A DNA stretch of 55,308 nucleotides, from the NCBI GenBank assembly GCA_042219475.1, contig JBDGPX010000042.1, positions 1 to 55,308 on the forward strand, in the 5' to 3' direction. The notes below the pieces were generated by a model. It did not search any database. It was not told the origin of the DNA and saw only the letters and a list, made by a program, of their open reading frames with translations. Positions 19,818-30,846 of the stretch are shown here, piece after piece (the stretch's first letter is position 1; every line of letters begins with the position of its first letter). The stretch comes from Halobacteriales archaeon. Its GTDB lineage: Archaea > Halobacteriota > Halobacteria > Halobacteriales > Hikarchaeaceae. A program made the position numbers and the translations under genes.

Positions 19818-20909
19818 ATGGTTGTCCCGGCAGGATCGATTGAGATTGCACTCTGGGCCGGCGTGGTGATCATCGCGTTGTTGATCGCGGTTGGATTTAT
19901 TACGCTTGCCGAGTCGATCGTCCGTCGGATCGACGACATCCGCCGGGAAAGGGTTCGATCGAGTGTTCGGTTCGGAATACTCGAACGGATGACGGTGGAA
20001 GGACCCGACTGGAAATCCTGGATCGATGAGCTCTCAGCCGTCGAACGGGATGTCGCGCGGAACCAACTCGATGAATACCTCCGGAATACCCGCGGAGCAG
20101 AGCGAAAGCGGTTGCAGGATCTCGGTCGGGCGTTGGACATTCCCGCGGAAGCCAAGCAAAGACTCGACAGTAACAAACGTCACAAACAACTGCAGGCACT
20201 GACGTGGCTCGCCCTACTTGAAGAGCCGGTCGAGATCGATCGACTCCGTTCGATCTGTTCGGCCGATAGCGGGCTCCGGGCTGCGGGAGCCCGGTTGCTG
20301 TATGCAACCAGCGATCCCGATGTCAGGACACACGGGACGGATCTACTCCTCGGTAACGGTGATGTGACCCTCTCGGTGTACGGCCTCGATACGCTCTATT
20401 TGTTACACCGGGACGATCCGACATCGCTGCTCGAACGGGGAAGGGTCGACCACCAGGAGTGGCGTCCCTCGCTCCTCATCCAAGTGCTGACCGTGCTCAG
20501 ACACTGTGGCATCGCGGGGCGTGATGCCCCAATGGCCTGGATCGTTGAACTCACCGAGCACGACCTCCCATCGGTCCGTGCCGCCGCCGCATTGACACTC
20601 GCCCCGGAAGGGTGGCGCTCCGATCTGCGGACCACCGTCGATGCTGACGCGTTGACGACGGATCCGGACCCGACAGCCCGACGCGCGATCTATACGATGT
20701 TGGCCGAATGGGGCAATCAGACGGCCCGTGAAACCCTCGCCATGGCGGCACGTTCGGAGACCGATCAGCGGAGTCGGGTCCAGGCCCTCGAACAGCTTCG
20801 GGGGGATCCCGAGTTGGCAGCGCCAGCGGCAATCGGGATCGACGACCAGGATTACGAACGAGCCTGGCGGTGGGTCCGGGCGAACGCGAAGGTCCTCGAT
20901 TCGTCATGA
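19818..20909 (+). CDS. Membrane-anchored HEAT-repeat protein
   Basis: N-terminal TM helix; repeats LRAAGARLL, VRAAAALTL, ARRAIYTML, SRVQALEQL. Confidence 0.8.
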   Translation: MVVPAGSIEIALWAGVVIIALLIAVGFITLAESIVRRIDDIRRERVRSSVRFGILERMTVEGPDWKSWIDELSAVERDVARNQLDEYLRNTRGAERKRLQDLGRALDIPAEAKQRLDSNKRHKQLQALTWLALLEEPVEIDRLRSICSADSGLRAAGARLLYATSDPDVRTHGTDLLLGNGDVTLSVYGLDTLYLLHRDDPTSLLERGRVDHQEWRPSLLIQVLTVLRHCGIAGRDAPMAWIVELTEHDLPSVRAAAALTLAPEGWRSDLRTTVDADALTTDPDPTARRAIYTMLAEWGNQTARETLAMAARSETDQRSRVQALEQLRGDPELAAPAAIGIDDQDYERAWRWVRANAKVLDSS

Positions 20910-22582
20910 GCGCCCGAACGACGTTCCTCGAATTCCTCGAAGTCACCGGTATCTTCGTCCTTGGATACTACCTGCTCATCAACGGGAACTACCTATTCAT
21001 CAACATCATGGGGCTGTTAGAACTCCGCGAGCAGGTCCGGGAATCGTCTTGGGAGCCCCTCTATGAGCCGTTCACAACCCCATTTTTACCCGGGATCGCG
21101 ATCATCGTACCCGCCTACAACGAGGCCGGTGTCATCGTCGAGAGCGTGAAATCACTCCTAACGGTGAACTATCCCGATAAGGAGATCGTGGTCGTCAACG
21201 ATGGATCGGACGACGGAACGCTCGATCGGCTTCGTGAATCCTATGCACTAGAGCCGGTCGATGCCGAAATCCCGTTCGATCTTCCCAGCGAGCGGGTGCG
21301 AGGCGTTTATCGATCGATCGATCACGACGATCTGCTCGTCGTCGATAAGGAAAACGGCGGCAAGAGCGACGCGCTCAACGCCGGGATCTGGCTGACCGAC
21401 CAAGAACTGTTCGGTGCAATCGATGCTGACTCGATCATCGATCGGGATGGGCTCCTCGAAATCGTCCAACCCTTCCTTGAGTATCCACGGACGATGATGG
21501 CAGTCGGCGGGACAGTCCGGGTCGCTAATGAATGTGAGATCGAACACGGACAAGTCGTCGATGTCGATCTCGATCGGAAGCGGCTGGTAGCCCTCCAAGC
21601 GATGGAGTATCTCCGAGCATTTTACTCGGGACGTCTCGGACTAAGCCGCCTGAAAGCATTGATCCTGATTTCGGGAGCCTTCGGTGTGTTTCGCACCGAA
21701 GCAATCCGAGAGATCGGCGGCTATCGCGAGGATACGGTCACCGAGGACCTCGACCTGCTCGTTCGACTCCACCGACGCTTTATCGACGACAACCGGGATT
21801 ATCGAATCGATTTCCTCCCACGTCCGGTGATCTGGACGGAAGTTCCCGAGACCAGACAGGTGTTGAGCCGACAACGCCGCCGCTGGTACCGGGGGATGGT
21901 CGAAACGCTGTGGACGAACCGCGATATGATCGGCAATCCACGCTACGGTCGGATCGGAACCTATGCACTCCCGTTTTTCCTGTTCGGGGAGATGTTGGGG
22001 CCACTCATCGAAGGATTCGGGTATCTGATCATTCCGTTGGCGGTGTATTTCGGCGCTATCGATTGGTCGTTTTTCGTGCTGTTTTTGCTCGTGACGACGG
22101 GGTTTGGCGTGTTCCTCTCGTGGTTCGGGCTCTTCAGCGAAGTTATGAGTTTTCGACGGTATGACCGACCCCGTGAAATCCTCCGATTGATGGTGGACGG
22201 CATCCTCGAGAACTTCGGGTATCGGCAGTGGAAAACCTTCGTCGCATGGCATGGTCTCATCGAGTATTTCCAAGGTGTCCAGTCCTGGGGAGTCATGGAA
22301 CGGACTGGTTTCGGTGATGACGTTGCCGAGACGATCACCACGGCCGAGGACCGCACACCGGCCGTTGTCGAACTAGCAGCCAAAGCCGACGACACCGACC
22401 TCGAATCCGGATCCGATGCCGGAACCGGGGCGGCGTTTCACTATCCGATGGCCGATCGCAGGACAGCAGAACCACCGGCCGATAGCTCCACAGCGACATC
22501 CGGGTCGGACGGGTTCATCTGGCAGACCGATCTCGAATCCAACGATCCCGATACGGACTCACAAGACGTCGACAGGGAATAG
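20906..22582 (+). CDS. Processive membrane glycosyltransferase, family GT2 (PgaC/IcaA-like)
   Basis: VPAYNE, VNDGSDD, NGGKSDALN, IDAD, SGAFG, TED, QRRRW; TM helices at both ends. Confidence 0.93.
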   Translation: MSARTTFLEFLEVTGIFVLGYYLLINGNYLFINIMGLLELREQVRESSWEPLYEPFTTPFLPGIAIIVPAYNEAGVIVESVKSLLTVNYPDKEIVVVNDGSDDGTLDRLRESYALEPVDAEIPFDLPSERVRGVYRSIDHDDLLVVDKENGGKSDALNAGIWLTDQELFGAIDADSIIDRDGLLEIVQPFLEYPRTMMAVGGTVRVANECEIEHGQVVDVDLDRKRLVALQAMEYLRAFYSGRLGLSRLKALILISGAFGVFRTEAIREIGGYREDTVTEDLDLLVRLHRRFIDDNRDYRIDFLPRPVIWTEVPETRQVLSRQRRRWYRGMVETLWTNRDMIGNPRYGRIGTYALPFFLFGEMLGPLIEGFGYLIIPLAVYFGAIDWSFFVLFLLVTTGFGVFLSWFGLFSEVMSFRRYDRPREILRLMVDGILENFGYRQWKTFVAWHGLIEYFQGVQSWGVMERTGFGDDVAETITTAEDRTPAVVELAAKADDTDLESGSDAGTGAAFHYPMADRRTAEPPADSSTATSGSDGFIWQTDLESNDPDTDSQDVDRE

Positions 22583-22728
22583 CAGGCCGACCAGGAGTGA
22601 GATCCCAACTCCCGATTCGGAGGAGACAGCTGGTGCTGACCGAAAGGCATCGATCGCCCGAATAGCGGTCTGACTGTCGCGTTTGTCCAACCGATTATCC
22701 TTTTAGCGTCTAGTGAGACTGTGTCGAT

Positions 22729-25700
22729 ATGGACCGATTCGCCGAGGTCGACGACCAGTATTCGCCACACGCCCTCGAGGACGAGGTGGCGACGTACTGG
22801 GACGAGGTCGACGCCTACGAGAGGACCAAGGAGCACCGATCCGACGGCGAGCCGTATTTCTTCGTCGATGGTCCGCCCTACACCTCCGGGGCGGCCCACA
22901 TGGGAACGACCTGGAACAAGACCCTCAAGGACGCCTATATCCGGTATCTCCGAATGCAGGGCTATGATGTGAAAGACCGGCCGGGCTATGACATGCACGG
23001 TCTGCCGATCGAGACGAAGGTCGAAGAACGGCTGGACTTCGAGAACAAAAAGGACATCGAGGAGTTCGGGATCGAGAACTTCATCGAAGAGTGCAAAGCC
23101 TTCGCCGAGGAACAACTCGACGGTCTGCAGGAAGACTTCAAATCCTTCGGCGTCTGGATGGACTGGGCCAACCCCTACAAGACGGTTACACCGGAGTACA
23201 TGGAGGCAGCGTGGTGGGGCTTCAAGCAGGCCCACGAACGCGGCCTCGTCGAGCGCGGCAAACGTTCGATCAGCCAGTGTCCCCGGTGTGAGACCGCGAT
23301 CGCGAAAAACGAGGTCGAATATCATCAGGTCGAAGATCCCTCGATCTACGTGAAGTTCCCCCTCAGCGATCGTGAGGGATCGCTCGTCATCTGGACGACC
23401 ACCCCGTGGACGATCCCGGGCAACACCTTCGTCGCCGTCGACGAGGACCTGACCTACACCGCCGTTCGGGCCGAGAAGGGCGGCGAGTCGGAAGTCCTCT
23501 ACCTCGAGGAAACCCTCATCGAGGACGTTCTCAAAAAGGGTCGGTACGAGGACTACAAGGTGATCGAGGACTACGAGGGGGCGGAGATGATCGGCTGGGA
23601 ATACGACCATCCCCTTGCCGAGGAGGTGCCCGATCACGTCGAGTTCGACGGGAGCCATGAAGTCTACCACGCCGACTACGTCGAGGCCGATCGGACCGGA
23701 TTGGTCCACTCCGCCCCAGGCCATGGTGAGGAAGACTTCCAACGCGGCACCGAACTCGATATGGAGATCTTCTGTCCGGTCGCGGCCGACGGCGTCTATA
23801 CGGAGGCTGCCGGCGACTACGCCGGCCAATTCGTCCGGGATGCCAACGAGAACATTATCGCCGACCTCGAGGACAAGGGACTGATGCTGGCCAACGAGAC
23901 CTACACTCACGACTACGGCCAGTGTTGGCGGTGTGACACCGATATCATCCAGATCGTCACCGATCAGTGGTTCATCACGATCACCGATGTCAAAGACGAA
24001 CTCCTCGAAAACATCGAGGACTCCGAGTGGTATCCGCCGTGGGCCCGGGACAACCGCTTCCGGGATTTCGTCGAGGAAGCGCCCGACTGGAACGTCTCCC
24101 GCCAGCGCTACTGGGGGATTCCGATCCCGATCTGGACCCCGGAGAACGCCACACCCGATGAGGAAGCCGAGGACATGATCGTCATCGGCGACCGCGAGGA
24201 ACTCGCCGAGCGGGTCGATCAGGACATCGATCCCGACGCGGTCGATCTCCACAAACCGACCGTCGATGATCTGACGATCACTGAAGACGGGACGACCTAC
24301 ACCCGTGTCCCGGACGTCTTCGACGTCTGGCTCGATTCCTCGGTCGCCTCCTGGGGAACACTCGACTTCCCCGAAACCGAGGCCACCTTCGAGGAGCTCT
24401 GGCCGGCCGACCTGATCATCGAAGCCCACGATCAGACGCGGGGATGGTTCTGGTCCCAACTCGGCATGGGCACCGCCGCGATGGATCAAATCCCCTATGA
24501 GCAGGTGCTCATGCACGGCCACGCTCTCGACGCCGACGGCCGAAAGATGTCGAAATCGCTCGGCAACATCGTCGCCCCCGAGGAGGCGATCGACCGCCAT
24601 GGCCGGGATGTGATGCGGACATTCCTACTGTCGGCGACGCCACAGGGCGATGACATGCGGTTCTCCTGGGACGGAATGGAGGACATCCAACGGGAGCTGA
24701 ACATCCTCTGGAACGTCTTCCGGTTCCCGCTGCCGTACATGCGGATGGACGGCTTCGAGCCCGAGGCCGTCTCACTGGCCGACTGCTCCCTCGAGCGCGA
24801 GGACGAATGGGTGCTCTCGCGCCTGCAGACGGTCATCGACGGGATGACCGCCGACTGGGAAGCCTTCGAGCAGCACAAAGCTCTCGATAGGCTGCTGGAG
24901 TTCGTTGTCGAGGACGTTTCGCGATACTACATCCAGACCGTCCGTGAGCGGATGTGGGAAGAAAAACAAAGCGAGTCAAAGACCGCCGCCTACGCGACGA
25001 TCTACGAGGTGCTCCAGCAGGTGACGGCACTGCTCGCGCCGTACGCGCCCTTCCTCGCCGAGGAGATCTACCAGCAACTCACCGGCGATACCGGGTTCGA
25101 CACCGTCCACATGCGTGACTGGCCCGAGCCCGACGGGCGGTTCCATGATCCCGAACTCGAAGCGACGATCGACACCGTCCGGGCAATCGAGGAGGCCGGC
25201 TCGAACGCTCGCCAACAGGCCGGCCGGAAGCTCCGATGGCCGGTCCGACGGGTGGTCGTCGACGCGGATGAGGAATCCGTCGTCGATGCCGTCGAGGCCC
25301 ATCGGGAACTGCTGGCCGACCGCCTCAATGCCCGCGAGATCGAACTCGTCGAACCGGACGAGCGCTGGACTGAACTCCGCTACAGCGCCGAGGCTGACAT
25401 GAGCGTGCTCGGCCCCGCCTTCGGCGATATGGCTGGCGAAGTCATGGAAGCCCTCAACGATGCCAGCGTCGAACGGAAGGACCTCGATACCCTCGCTGAC
25501 ACCGTCGGCGACGCTGTCGGCGAACCCATCGACCTGACCGACGAGATGGTCACGTTCGTCGAGGAGCTCCCCGACGAGATCACCGGCACCGACTTCGAAG
25601 GCGGGACAGTCTACGTCGATACGAGGCTGACCGACGAGATCGAATCCGAGGGCTATGCTCGTGAAGTCATCCGCCGCGTCCAGGAGATGCGCAAGGAACT

Positions 25701-25911
25701 CGATCTCGATATGGACGAATCGATCCGCCTCGAAATCGAAGTCTTCGACGAACGGGTCGGCCAACTCATCGCCGAGCACGAGGAGCTCATCAAAGAGGAA
25801 GTCCGGGCGGCCGAACTCACCGAGATCGAAGACGGCTACGAAGAGGAGTGGGACGTCGAGGACATCAAAATGCGGTTCGTGATCGATCCCCTCGCCGAGG
25901 CGACGGCCTGA
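22729..25911 (+). CDS. ileS: Isoleucine--tRNA ligase
   Basis: DGPPYTSGAAHMG, WTTTPWT, DWNVSRQRYWG, DQTRGWF, KMSKS. Confidence 0.98.
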   Translation: MDRFAEVDDQYSPHALEDEVATYWDEVDAYERTKEHRSDGEPYFFVDGPPYTSGAAHMGTTWNKTLKDAYIRYLRMQGYDVKDRPGYDMHGLPIETKVEERLDFENKKDIEEFGIENFIEECKAFAEEQLDGLQEDFKSFGVWMDWANPYKTVTPEYMEAAWWGFKQAHERGLVERGKRSISQCPRCETAIAKNEVEYHQVEDPSIYVKFPLSDREGSLVIWTTTPWTIPGNTFVAVDEDLTYTAVRAEKGGESEVLYLEETLIEDVLKKGRYEDYKVIEDYEGAEMIGWEYDHPLAEEVPDHVEFDGSHEVYHADYVEADRTGLVHSAPGHGEEDFQRGTELDMEIFCPVAADGVYTEAAGDYAGQFVRDANENIIADLEDKGLMLANETYTHDYGQCWRCDTDIIQIVTDQWFITITDVKDELLENIEDSEWYPPWARDNRFRDFVEEAPDWNVSRQRYWGIPIPIWTPENATPDEEAEDMIVIGDREELAERVDQDIDPDAVDLHKPTVDDLTITEDGTTYTRVPDVFDVWLDSSVASWGTLDFPETEATFEELWPADLIIEAHDQTRGWFWSQLGMGTAAMDQIPYEQVLMHGHALDADGRKMSKSLGNIVAPEEAIDRHGRDVMRTFLLSATPQGDDMRFSWDGMEDIQRELNILWNVFRFPLPYMRMDGFEPEAVSLADCSLEREDEWVLSRLQTVIDGMTADWEAFEQHKALDRLLEFVVEDVSRYYIQTVRERMWEEKQSESKTAAYATIYEVLQQVTALLAPYAPFLAEEIYQQLTGDTGFDTVHMRDWPEPDGRFHDPELEATIDTVRAIEEAGSNARQQAGRKLRWPVRRVVVDADEESVVDAVEAHRELLADRLNAREIELVEPDERWTELRYSAEADMSVLGPAFGDMAGEVMEALNDASVERKDLDTLADTVGDAVGEPIDLTDEMVTFVEELPDEITGTDFEGGTVYVDTRLTDEIESEGYAREVIRRVQEMRKELDLDMDESIRLEIEVFDERVGQLIAEHEELIKEEVRAAELTEIEDGYEEEWDVEDIKMRFVIDPLAEATA

Positions 25912-25979
25912 GTCCGGCACACACCGGTCAGATCGGCGGTGTAAGACTATTTCTCCGCGACGATGAACGACCAAGAGAC

Positions 25980-26849
25980 CTACAGCGCGTCGGCAATCGC
26001 CGGCGCGACCGATACCGAACTGACGGCCCGTTCGATCGTATCGGTGCCGTAGATGGCTTCGACGCCGGCACGGGCGAGCTTGATCCGGGCGTCGTTGACC
26101 AAGACCGGATGGACACAGCCGACGAACACCCGCGCGGCATCCTGATCGTTCAGGACGGCGATCGACTGACTCATTGTCGACCCGGTCGCGATGATATCGT
26201 CGACAATGACCACGTCACGACCGGCGACGGTCGCATCGTTGGGGGCGATCTCGATCTCTGAACCGGACAGACGGGTCTTCTCGAAATGATCGACGATGCC
26301 GTGGCCGTAGGCGGCCTGGACGCTCTCGGCGAGATCGATCGCCCCGGCATCCGGCGAAAGAAACACCGGATCGGTCAGCCCCGCCGGGAGCGGTTCGGCG
26401 AGGTGGGCGGCCGCATCGATCGGGTCGGCGGGTACGTCGAAGAACTCACAGACGGCCGTCTCGTGGGGTGTCACCGTCAGCACACGATCGGTACCAGTGC
26501 TGATGGCCCGAGCGACCGCACGAGCGGAGACCGGATAGCCGCTCTGTTCGGTACCATCAGGTGCGTAGGCGGCGTCCTGACGGCCGTATCCCAGGTATGG
26601 AATGACAGTAACGACGTTTTCGATACCCGCCTCGACGGCCGCGTCCTGGAGTTGAAGGAGTTCGATGTGTGCCTCAGCCGAGGTCGTCGAGGCGACGATA
26701 ACGGCCCGCTCGGTGCCGTCGATGTCCGGGGCCGCCGCGAGCAGTTCACCATCCGGGAAGCGATCGTAGACGACCGAAGCGAGCGGGTCATCCAGCTCGG
26801 CGGCCAACGACGCGGCGAGTGATTGGGAGGCGGAGCCGCTGATGATCAT
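25980..26849 (-). CDS. prs: Ribose-phosphate pyrophosphokinase
   Basis: RFPDGE, PYLGYGRQD, SPDAGA, VDDIIATGST. Confidence 0.96.
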   Translation of the reverse strand: MIISGSASQSLAASLAAELDDPLASVVYDRFPDGELLAAAPDIDGTERAVIVASTTSAEAHIELLQLQDAAVEAGIENVVTVIPYLGYGRQDAAYAPDGTEQSGYPVSARAVARAISTGTDRVLTVTPHETAVCEFFDVPADPIDAAAHLAEPLPAGLTDPVFLSPDAGAIDLAESVQAAYGHGIVDHFEKTRLSGSEIEIAPNDATVAGRDVVIVDDIIATGSTMSQSIAVLNDQDAARVFVGCVHPVLVNDARIKLARAGVEAIYGTDTIERAVSSVSVAPAIADAL

Positions 26850-26897
26850 ATCCAAGCATCACCACGATGGATAAACCCGTTTTCGATTCCGCCCTCA

Positions 26898-27728
26898 TTA
26901 CGGGATCGCGATGCCGGTAACATCCAGTAGGCCGAGAGGATACGTCCGCCAGCCAGTCTCGCCGGGGAGTGCCAGCGTCCCATCGTTGGTGACGACACAG
27001 GACGTCTCGCCGTAGGCGATATCGGCGACGGGTGCATCGATCGGGATGTCGACGACGGTCCAGTCGCCGTCGGTGGTCGCGTACACCGTTTCTGCGGCCG
27101 CCGCATGAGCGTGGTCGCCATCTGATGATGCGGCCACGACTCTGAAATCACCCGCTAAGGTTTCGAGCCATCCGTTGCCCAGCGTGAACAATCCCTCGGC
27201 AGTCGCAGCACGCGGAACGCCCGTTGTCGAAATATCACGGACCCCCGTGAGCCCGACGTGTTGAAGGCCGTCGGCGATCCGATAGACACCTGCCTCCGTC
27301 GCCACGAGGTCGCCATCGATAGCAGTGACTGTCCCATCGACGGCGCCGATCGTCCGCCAGCCATCGTCGGTCTCAGCGTGGATGGTACCATCGGCATCGG
27401 CCACGCGGAGGCGATTTGACGCGAAACCGACAACGGTCGCGTCGGGGCCATCCAAGGCTGTAAACTCGACGCCATCAGTCGGCTCAGTGGTCGATTCGCC
27501 ATCGGTATCCTTGTCTGCGGTCCAGTACAGAAGTTCCGTGTCTGTCGCCACCGCGACACACTGATCGCCCGCGGCGATATCGTTGGGCGTACACCGACGA
27601 TCGATCCGGACTTCACCGACACGATCGTCCGCGATCCCGACGGTTGCGATGCCCAATCCAGCGGCAACGAACGCGACCGTGCGGCCGATTCGCTCGGCGA
27701 AGATTCGTTTTTCCTCGATGGCGCTCAT
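26898..27728 (-). CDS. Conserved haloarchaeal beta-propeller-like protein
   Basis: Beta-strand-rich repeats; acidic; sits between prs and glmM. Confidence 0.7.
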   Translation of the reverse strand: MSAIEEKRIFAERIGRTVAFVAAGLGIATVGIADDRVGEVRIDRRCTPNDIAAGDQCVAVATDTELLYWTADKDTDGESTTEPTDGVEFTALDGPDATVVGFASNRLRVADADGTIHAETDDGWRTIGAVDGTVTAIDGDLVATEAGVYRIADGLQHVGLTGVRDISTTGVPRAATAEGLFTLGNGWLETLAGDFRVVAASSDGDHAHAAAAETVYATTDGDWTVVDIPIDAPVADIAYGETSCVVTNDGTLALPGETGWRTYPLGLLDVTGIAIP

Positions 27729-27851
27729 ATCGATCCTCCCGCGGGGAATGCTCGAAAGGGTTATGCCTGGACGCGAGGCGATAGCGCAATACCCATCCGA
27801 GCCGATGCCGGCTCCGGAACCACTTTGGCTTGGGCTGTCCAGCCTTTAGCC

Positions 27852-29210
27852 ATGAAGGTCTTCGGCTCGAGCGGAACACGTGGTGTGGCGAACGAGGAGC
27901 TGACACCAGCGTTCGTCCTGCGTGTTGCAACGGCAGCGGGGTCGGTCTGGGATGCCGATCGTGTCGCGCTCGGCCGGGACACCCGAGTGACCGGTCCGAT
28001 GCTCGGCGACGCCGCGGCAAGCGGGCTCCAGAGCGTGGGCGCGGACGTCGAACGGCTTGGGATCGTCCCCACGCCGGGCCTGCAGGCATACTGTGAGGCC
28101 GAAGCCATCCCGGGGATTATGATCACGGCCTCACATAACCCGGCAGAATATAACGGCATCAAGCTCGTCGGCGATGACGGCGTCGAACTCCCGGTCACGA
28201 AGCTCGAACGGGTCGAGGACGTGTTCTTAGCGGATTCCGTCGAGCCGATACAGTGGGATCAGGTGGGGACCTCACGATCCATCGATATAGGGCGTGATCG
28301 ATATATCGACCAACTCAAGACGGCGCTCGATCGTGACGCGATCGCCGACGCCGGCCTGACGGTCGCACTCGATCCGGGACATGGCGCCGGCACGCTCACT
28401 AGCCCGCGGTTTCTTCGGGAGCTCGGCTGTGACGTCGTCACGGTTAACGCACAGGCGGATGGCCATTTTCCGGGACGGGATCCCGAACCGGTCGAGGCGA
28501 ATCTCGCCGATCTGGGTCGACTGGTCCGGACCGCCGACGCCGACGTCGGGATCGCCCACGATGGCGATGCCGACCGTGCGATCTTCTTCGACGAGGAGGG
28601 TTCCTACATCGAGGGCGATGCGACGCTTGCGGCGCTGGCGGCGGCGGAGCTGTCGGCGAGAACCATCGCGGTGTCGGCGGTGAACGTCTCCCAGCGCCTC
28701 GTCGACATCGTCGAGTCGATCGGGGCAGATCTCGAGCTCACAGCCATCGGCTCGACCCGGATCATCACCCGGATCCGTGAACTCCAAGCCGATGGCGAGA
28801 CGGTCGCAGTGGCCGGCGAGGGCAACGGTGGAATCATCTTCCCTGACTACCGGCTAGCCCGGGACGGTGCATACACCGCCGGGAAGTTCCTCGAACTGCT
28901 CACGGAACGATCAGCACGCGAGATCATCGAGGAGTACGACGGCTATCACAACGACCGCCGAAAGATCGAGTACGACACCGACGACGAACTGGCGACGCTT
29001 CAACAAGCGGCGGCCGACTACGCTGCCGACGCCGACGGCGACGTCACTACCATCGACGGCCACCGTATCGACTACGGCGACGCGTGGATCCTCGCTCGAC
29101 CCAGCGGAACCGAGCCAGTCGTCCGGATCTACGCGGAGGCACGAACGCCAGAGCGGGCGGCTACACTCGCCGACGAAATAGAAACACAATTAGTACAAGC
29201 GATCGAGTGA
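27852..29210 (+). CDS. glmM: Phosphohexomutase (phosphoglucosamine mutase/phosphomannomutase)
   Basis: FGSSGTRG, TASHNP, DGDADR, RPSGTEP. Confidence 0.88.
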   Translation: MKVFGSSGTRGVANEELTPAFVLRVATAAGSVWDADRVALGRDTRVTGPMLGDAAASGLQSVGADVERLGIVPTPGLQAYCEAEAIPGIMITASHNPAEYNGIKLVGDDGVELPVTKLERVEDVFLADSVEPIQWDQVGTSRSIDIGRDRYIDQLKTALDRDAIADAGLTVALDPGHGAGTLTSPRFLRELGCDVVTVNAQADGHFPGRDPEPVEANLADLGRLVRTADADVGIAHDGDADRAIFFDEEGSYIEGDATLAALAAAELSARTIAVSAVNVSQRLVDIVESIGADLELTAIGSTRIITRIRELQADGETVAVAGEGNGGIIFPDYRLARDGAYTAGKFLELLTERSAREIIEEYDGYHNDRRKIEYDTDDELATLQQAAADYAADADGDVTTIDGHRIDYGDAWILARPSGTEPVVRIYAEARTPERAATLADEIETQLVQAIE

Positions 29211-29217
29211 CGACAGC

Positions 29218-30336
29218 TTATCGTTCCGGATAGGTGTCGAGTGCGTCGGTGAGCCGTTCGTATTCCGCCCGGGCTGACTCGAGTTGGGCCTCGATCGTGC
29301 CGTCCTGCAGCCGGGCACGATCACGCTCCGAGAGTTCGCTCTTCGCCACCGCCGCCTCGCGTCGTCGTCGGTACTGCTCGGGAGCGAGCGCCCGCTCGCG
29401 GACTGTACGGAGTGTCGCGATCACGTCCTCGGGGGCGAATCGATCGACAAGCGGAATCAACTCCCGGCACCGAAAGCGCAACGTTTCGGCTGACGGCGGT
29501 GGCCACTGGATCTGGAGTGGTTCGGCATCCAGTCGTTGGAGATACGTCTGGTTGGTCGCGATATGGCGTTTGAGCGTTTGTGGCTGATCGACGTAGTGAT
29601 CGAGTTTCGACCGGGAATAGTCGGCGTATTCGAGGAGGGTCGAGATCGGTTCGGTACCGACAGCCGCCGATTCAATGAACTCGACAAGGTCCGGGGGCGG
29701 TTGACGGTATTCGACAAGTGGATACTCCTCGGTTGCAGTGACGAAAGCGAGGACTGAACGGGCGCTGGCCTCGCGTTTGAAGGATGTAAACGCCGTCTGG
29801 ACGGCCGTGTTGTACTCCTCGATCGGAGCCCGAAGCGCGTCGGTCTCGGCATCGAAATCGACGTCTGCGTGTTCGAGCAGCGCTTCGAGTTCGCCGATCT
29901 GATCGCGGAGTTCCCGCCGACGCCGTTCGACGGCGTGACGGGCATCGCGATACCGCTGGCGAGCCTGCTTACGAGTTTCGAGCCGGTCGACGATCTCGGC
30001 GGCCGGCTGGAGCTTCCGGCGTGCGTCGTCGAAATCGCTATGCGAGAGGCGACGCTGATCGAAGATCTCCGTGAGCACCTCGAAGGCATCCCGTCGAGGG
30101 AGATCCTCCGGTAATCGATCGACGAAATTGACGATCGTTTCCTGAAACTCGATGTAGGCCTCGAAGTTTCCCGATCCCGTCGCTTCGTTCTCGTATTCAT
30201 CGAACAGCGCCAGCGCTTCCTGATAATACTCGGCGACCGTTTGCGCTTGGTCCTCGCCGATCTCCTCGACAGCGGCGACGGCTTGCTGATAGGATTCATC
30301 GGCCGCCCGGAGGTCGGCGATCAGATCCTCGGACAT
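29218..30336 (-). CDS. Conserved haloarchaeal coiled-coil hypothetical protein
   Basis: 372-aa acidic helical ORF directly downstream of hisI. Confidence 0.8.
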   Translation of the reverse strand: MSEDLIADLRAADESYQQAVAAVEEIGEDQAQTVAEYYQEALALFDEYENEATGSGNFEAYIEFQETIVNFVDRLPEDLPRRDAFEVLTEIFDQRRLSHSDFDDARRKLQPAAEIVDRLETRKQARQRYRDARHAVERRRRELRDQIGELEALLEHADVDFDAETDALRAPIEEYNTAVQTAFTSFKREASARSVLAFVTATEEYPLVEYRQPPPDLVEFIESAAVGTEPISTLLEYADYSRSKLDHYVDQPQTLKRHIATNQTYLQRLDAEPLQIQWPPPSAETLRFRCRELIPLVDRFAPEDVIATLRTVRERALAPEQYRRRREAAVAKSELSERDRARLQDGTIEAQLESARAEYERLTDALDTYPER

Positions 30337-30339
30337 CGA

Positions 30340-30711
30340 TCAGTCGTAGACAGTATCGGGATCGAACACCTGCTCGCCGACGGTCATACCATCGATGGTG
30401 CGATGGAAACAGGAACGGTATCCGGTGTGACAGGCGCCACCGGTCTGTTCGACTTCATAGAGGGCGGCATCGGCATCACAATCGACCCGGATCTCCGTGA
30501 TCGATTGGGTGTGACCGCTGGTCGCCCCTTTCTCCCAGAGTTCCTCGCGACTGCGGGAGTAGTAGTGCGCCCGGCCGGTTTCGGCCGTCCGTTCGATCGC
30601 ATCCCGGTTGGCGTAGGCGAGCATCAGTACCTCGCCGGTGTCGGCGGATTGGGCGACAACGGGGATCAGTCCGTCGTCGCCGAAATCGATCTCGACGCCG
30701 AAATCAGTCAT
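30340..30711 (-). CDS. hisI: Phosphoribosyl-AMP cyclohydrolase
   Basis: [30 protein letters not shown]. Confidence 0.97.
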   Translation of the reverse strand: MTDFGVEIDFGDDGLIPVVAQSADTGEVLMLAYANRDAIERTAETGRAHYYSRSREELWEKGATSGHTQSITEIRVDCDADAALYEVEQTGGACHTGYRSCFHRTIDGMTVGEQVFDPDTVYD

Positions 30712-30846
30712 GGCGGACGGAACGGGACTCCGCCCGATAGGCCTTTCGTCACCGTGCAGCCAACGGATCGGTGCCGGTGCTAGTGGACAAACCAACCCTC
30801 CGCCGAGTAACGACTATAACGACGCTGGACGACATTAACCAGGTGT

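Noticed and set aside
22441-24600. 719-aa antisense ORF (likewise 378-1799, 24976-25974, 44307-45314 and others)
   Set aside because: Shadow ORFs opposite well-supported genes, expected from GC-rich codon bias; no motifs.
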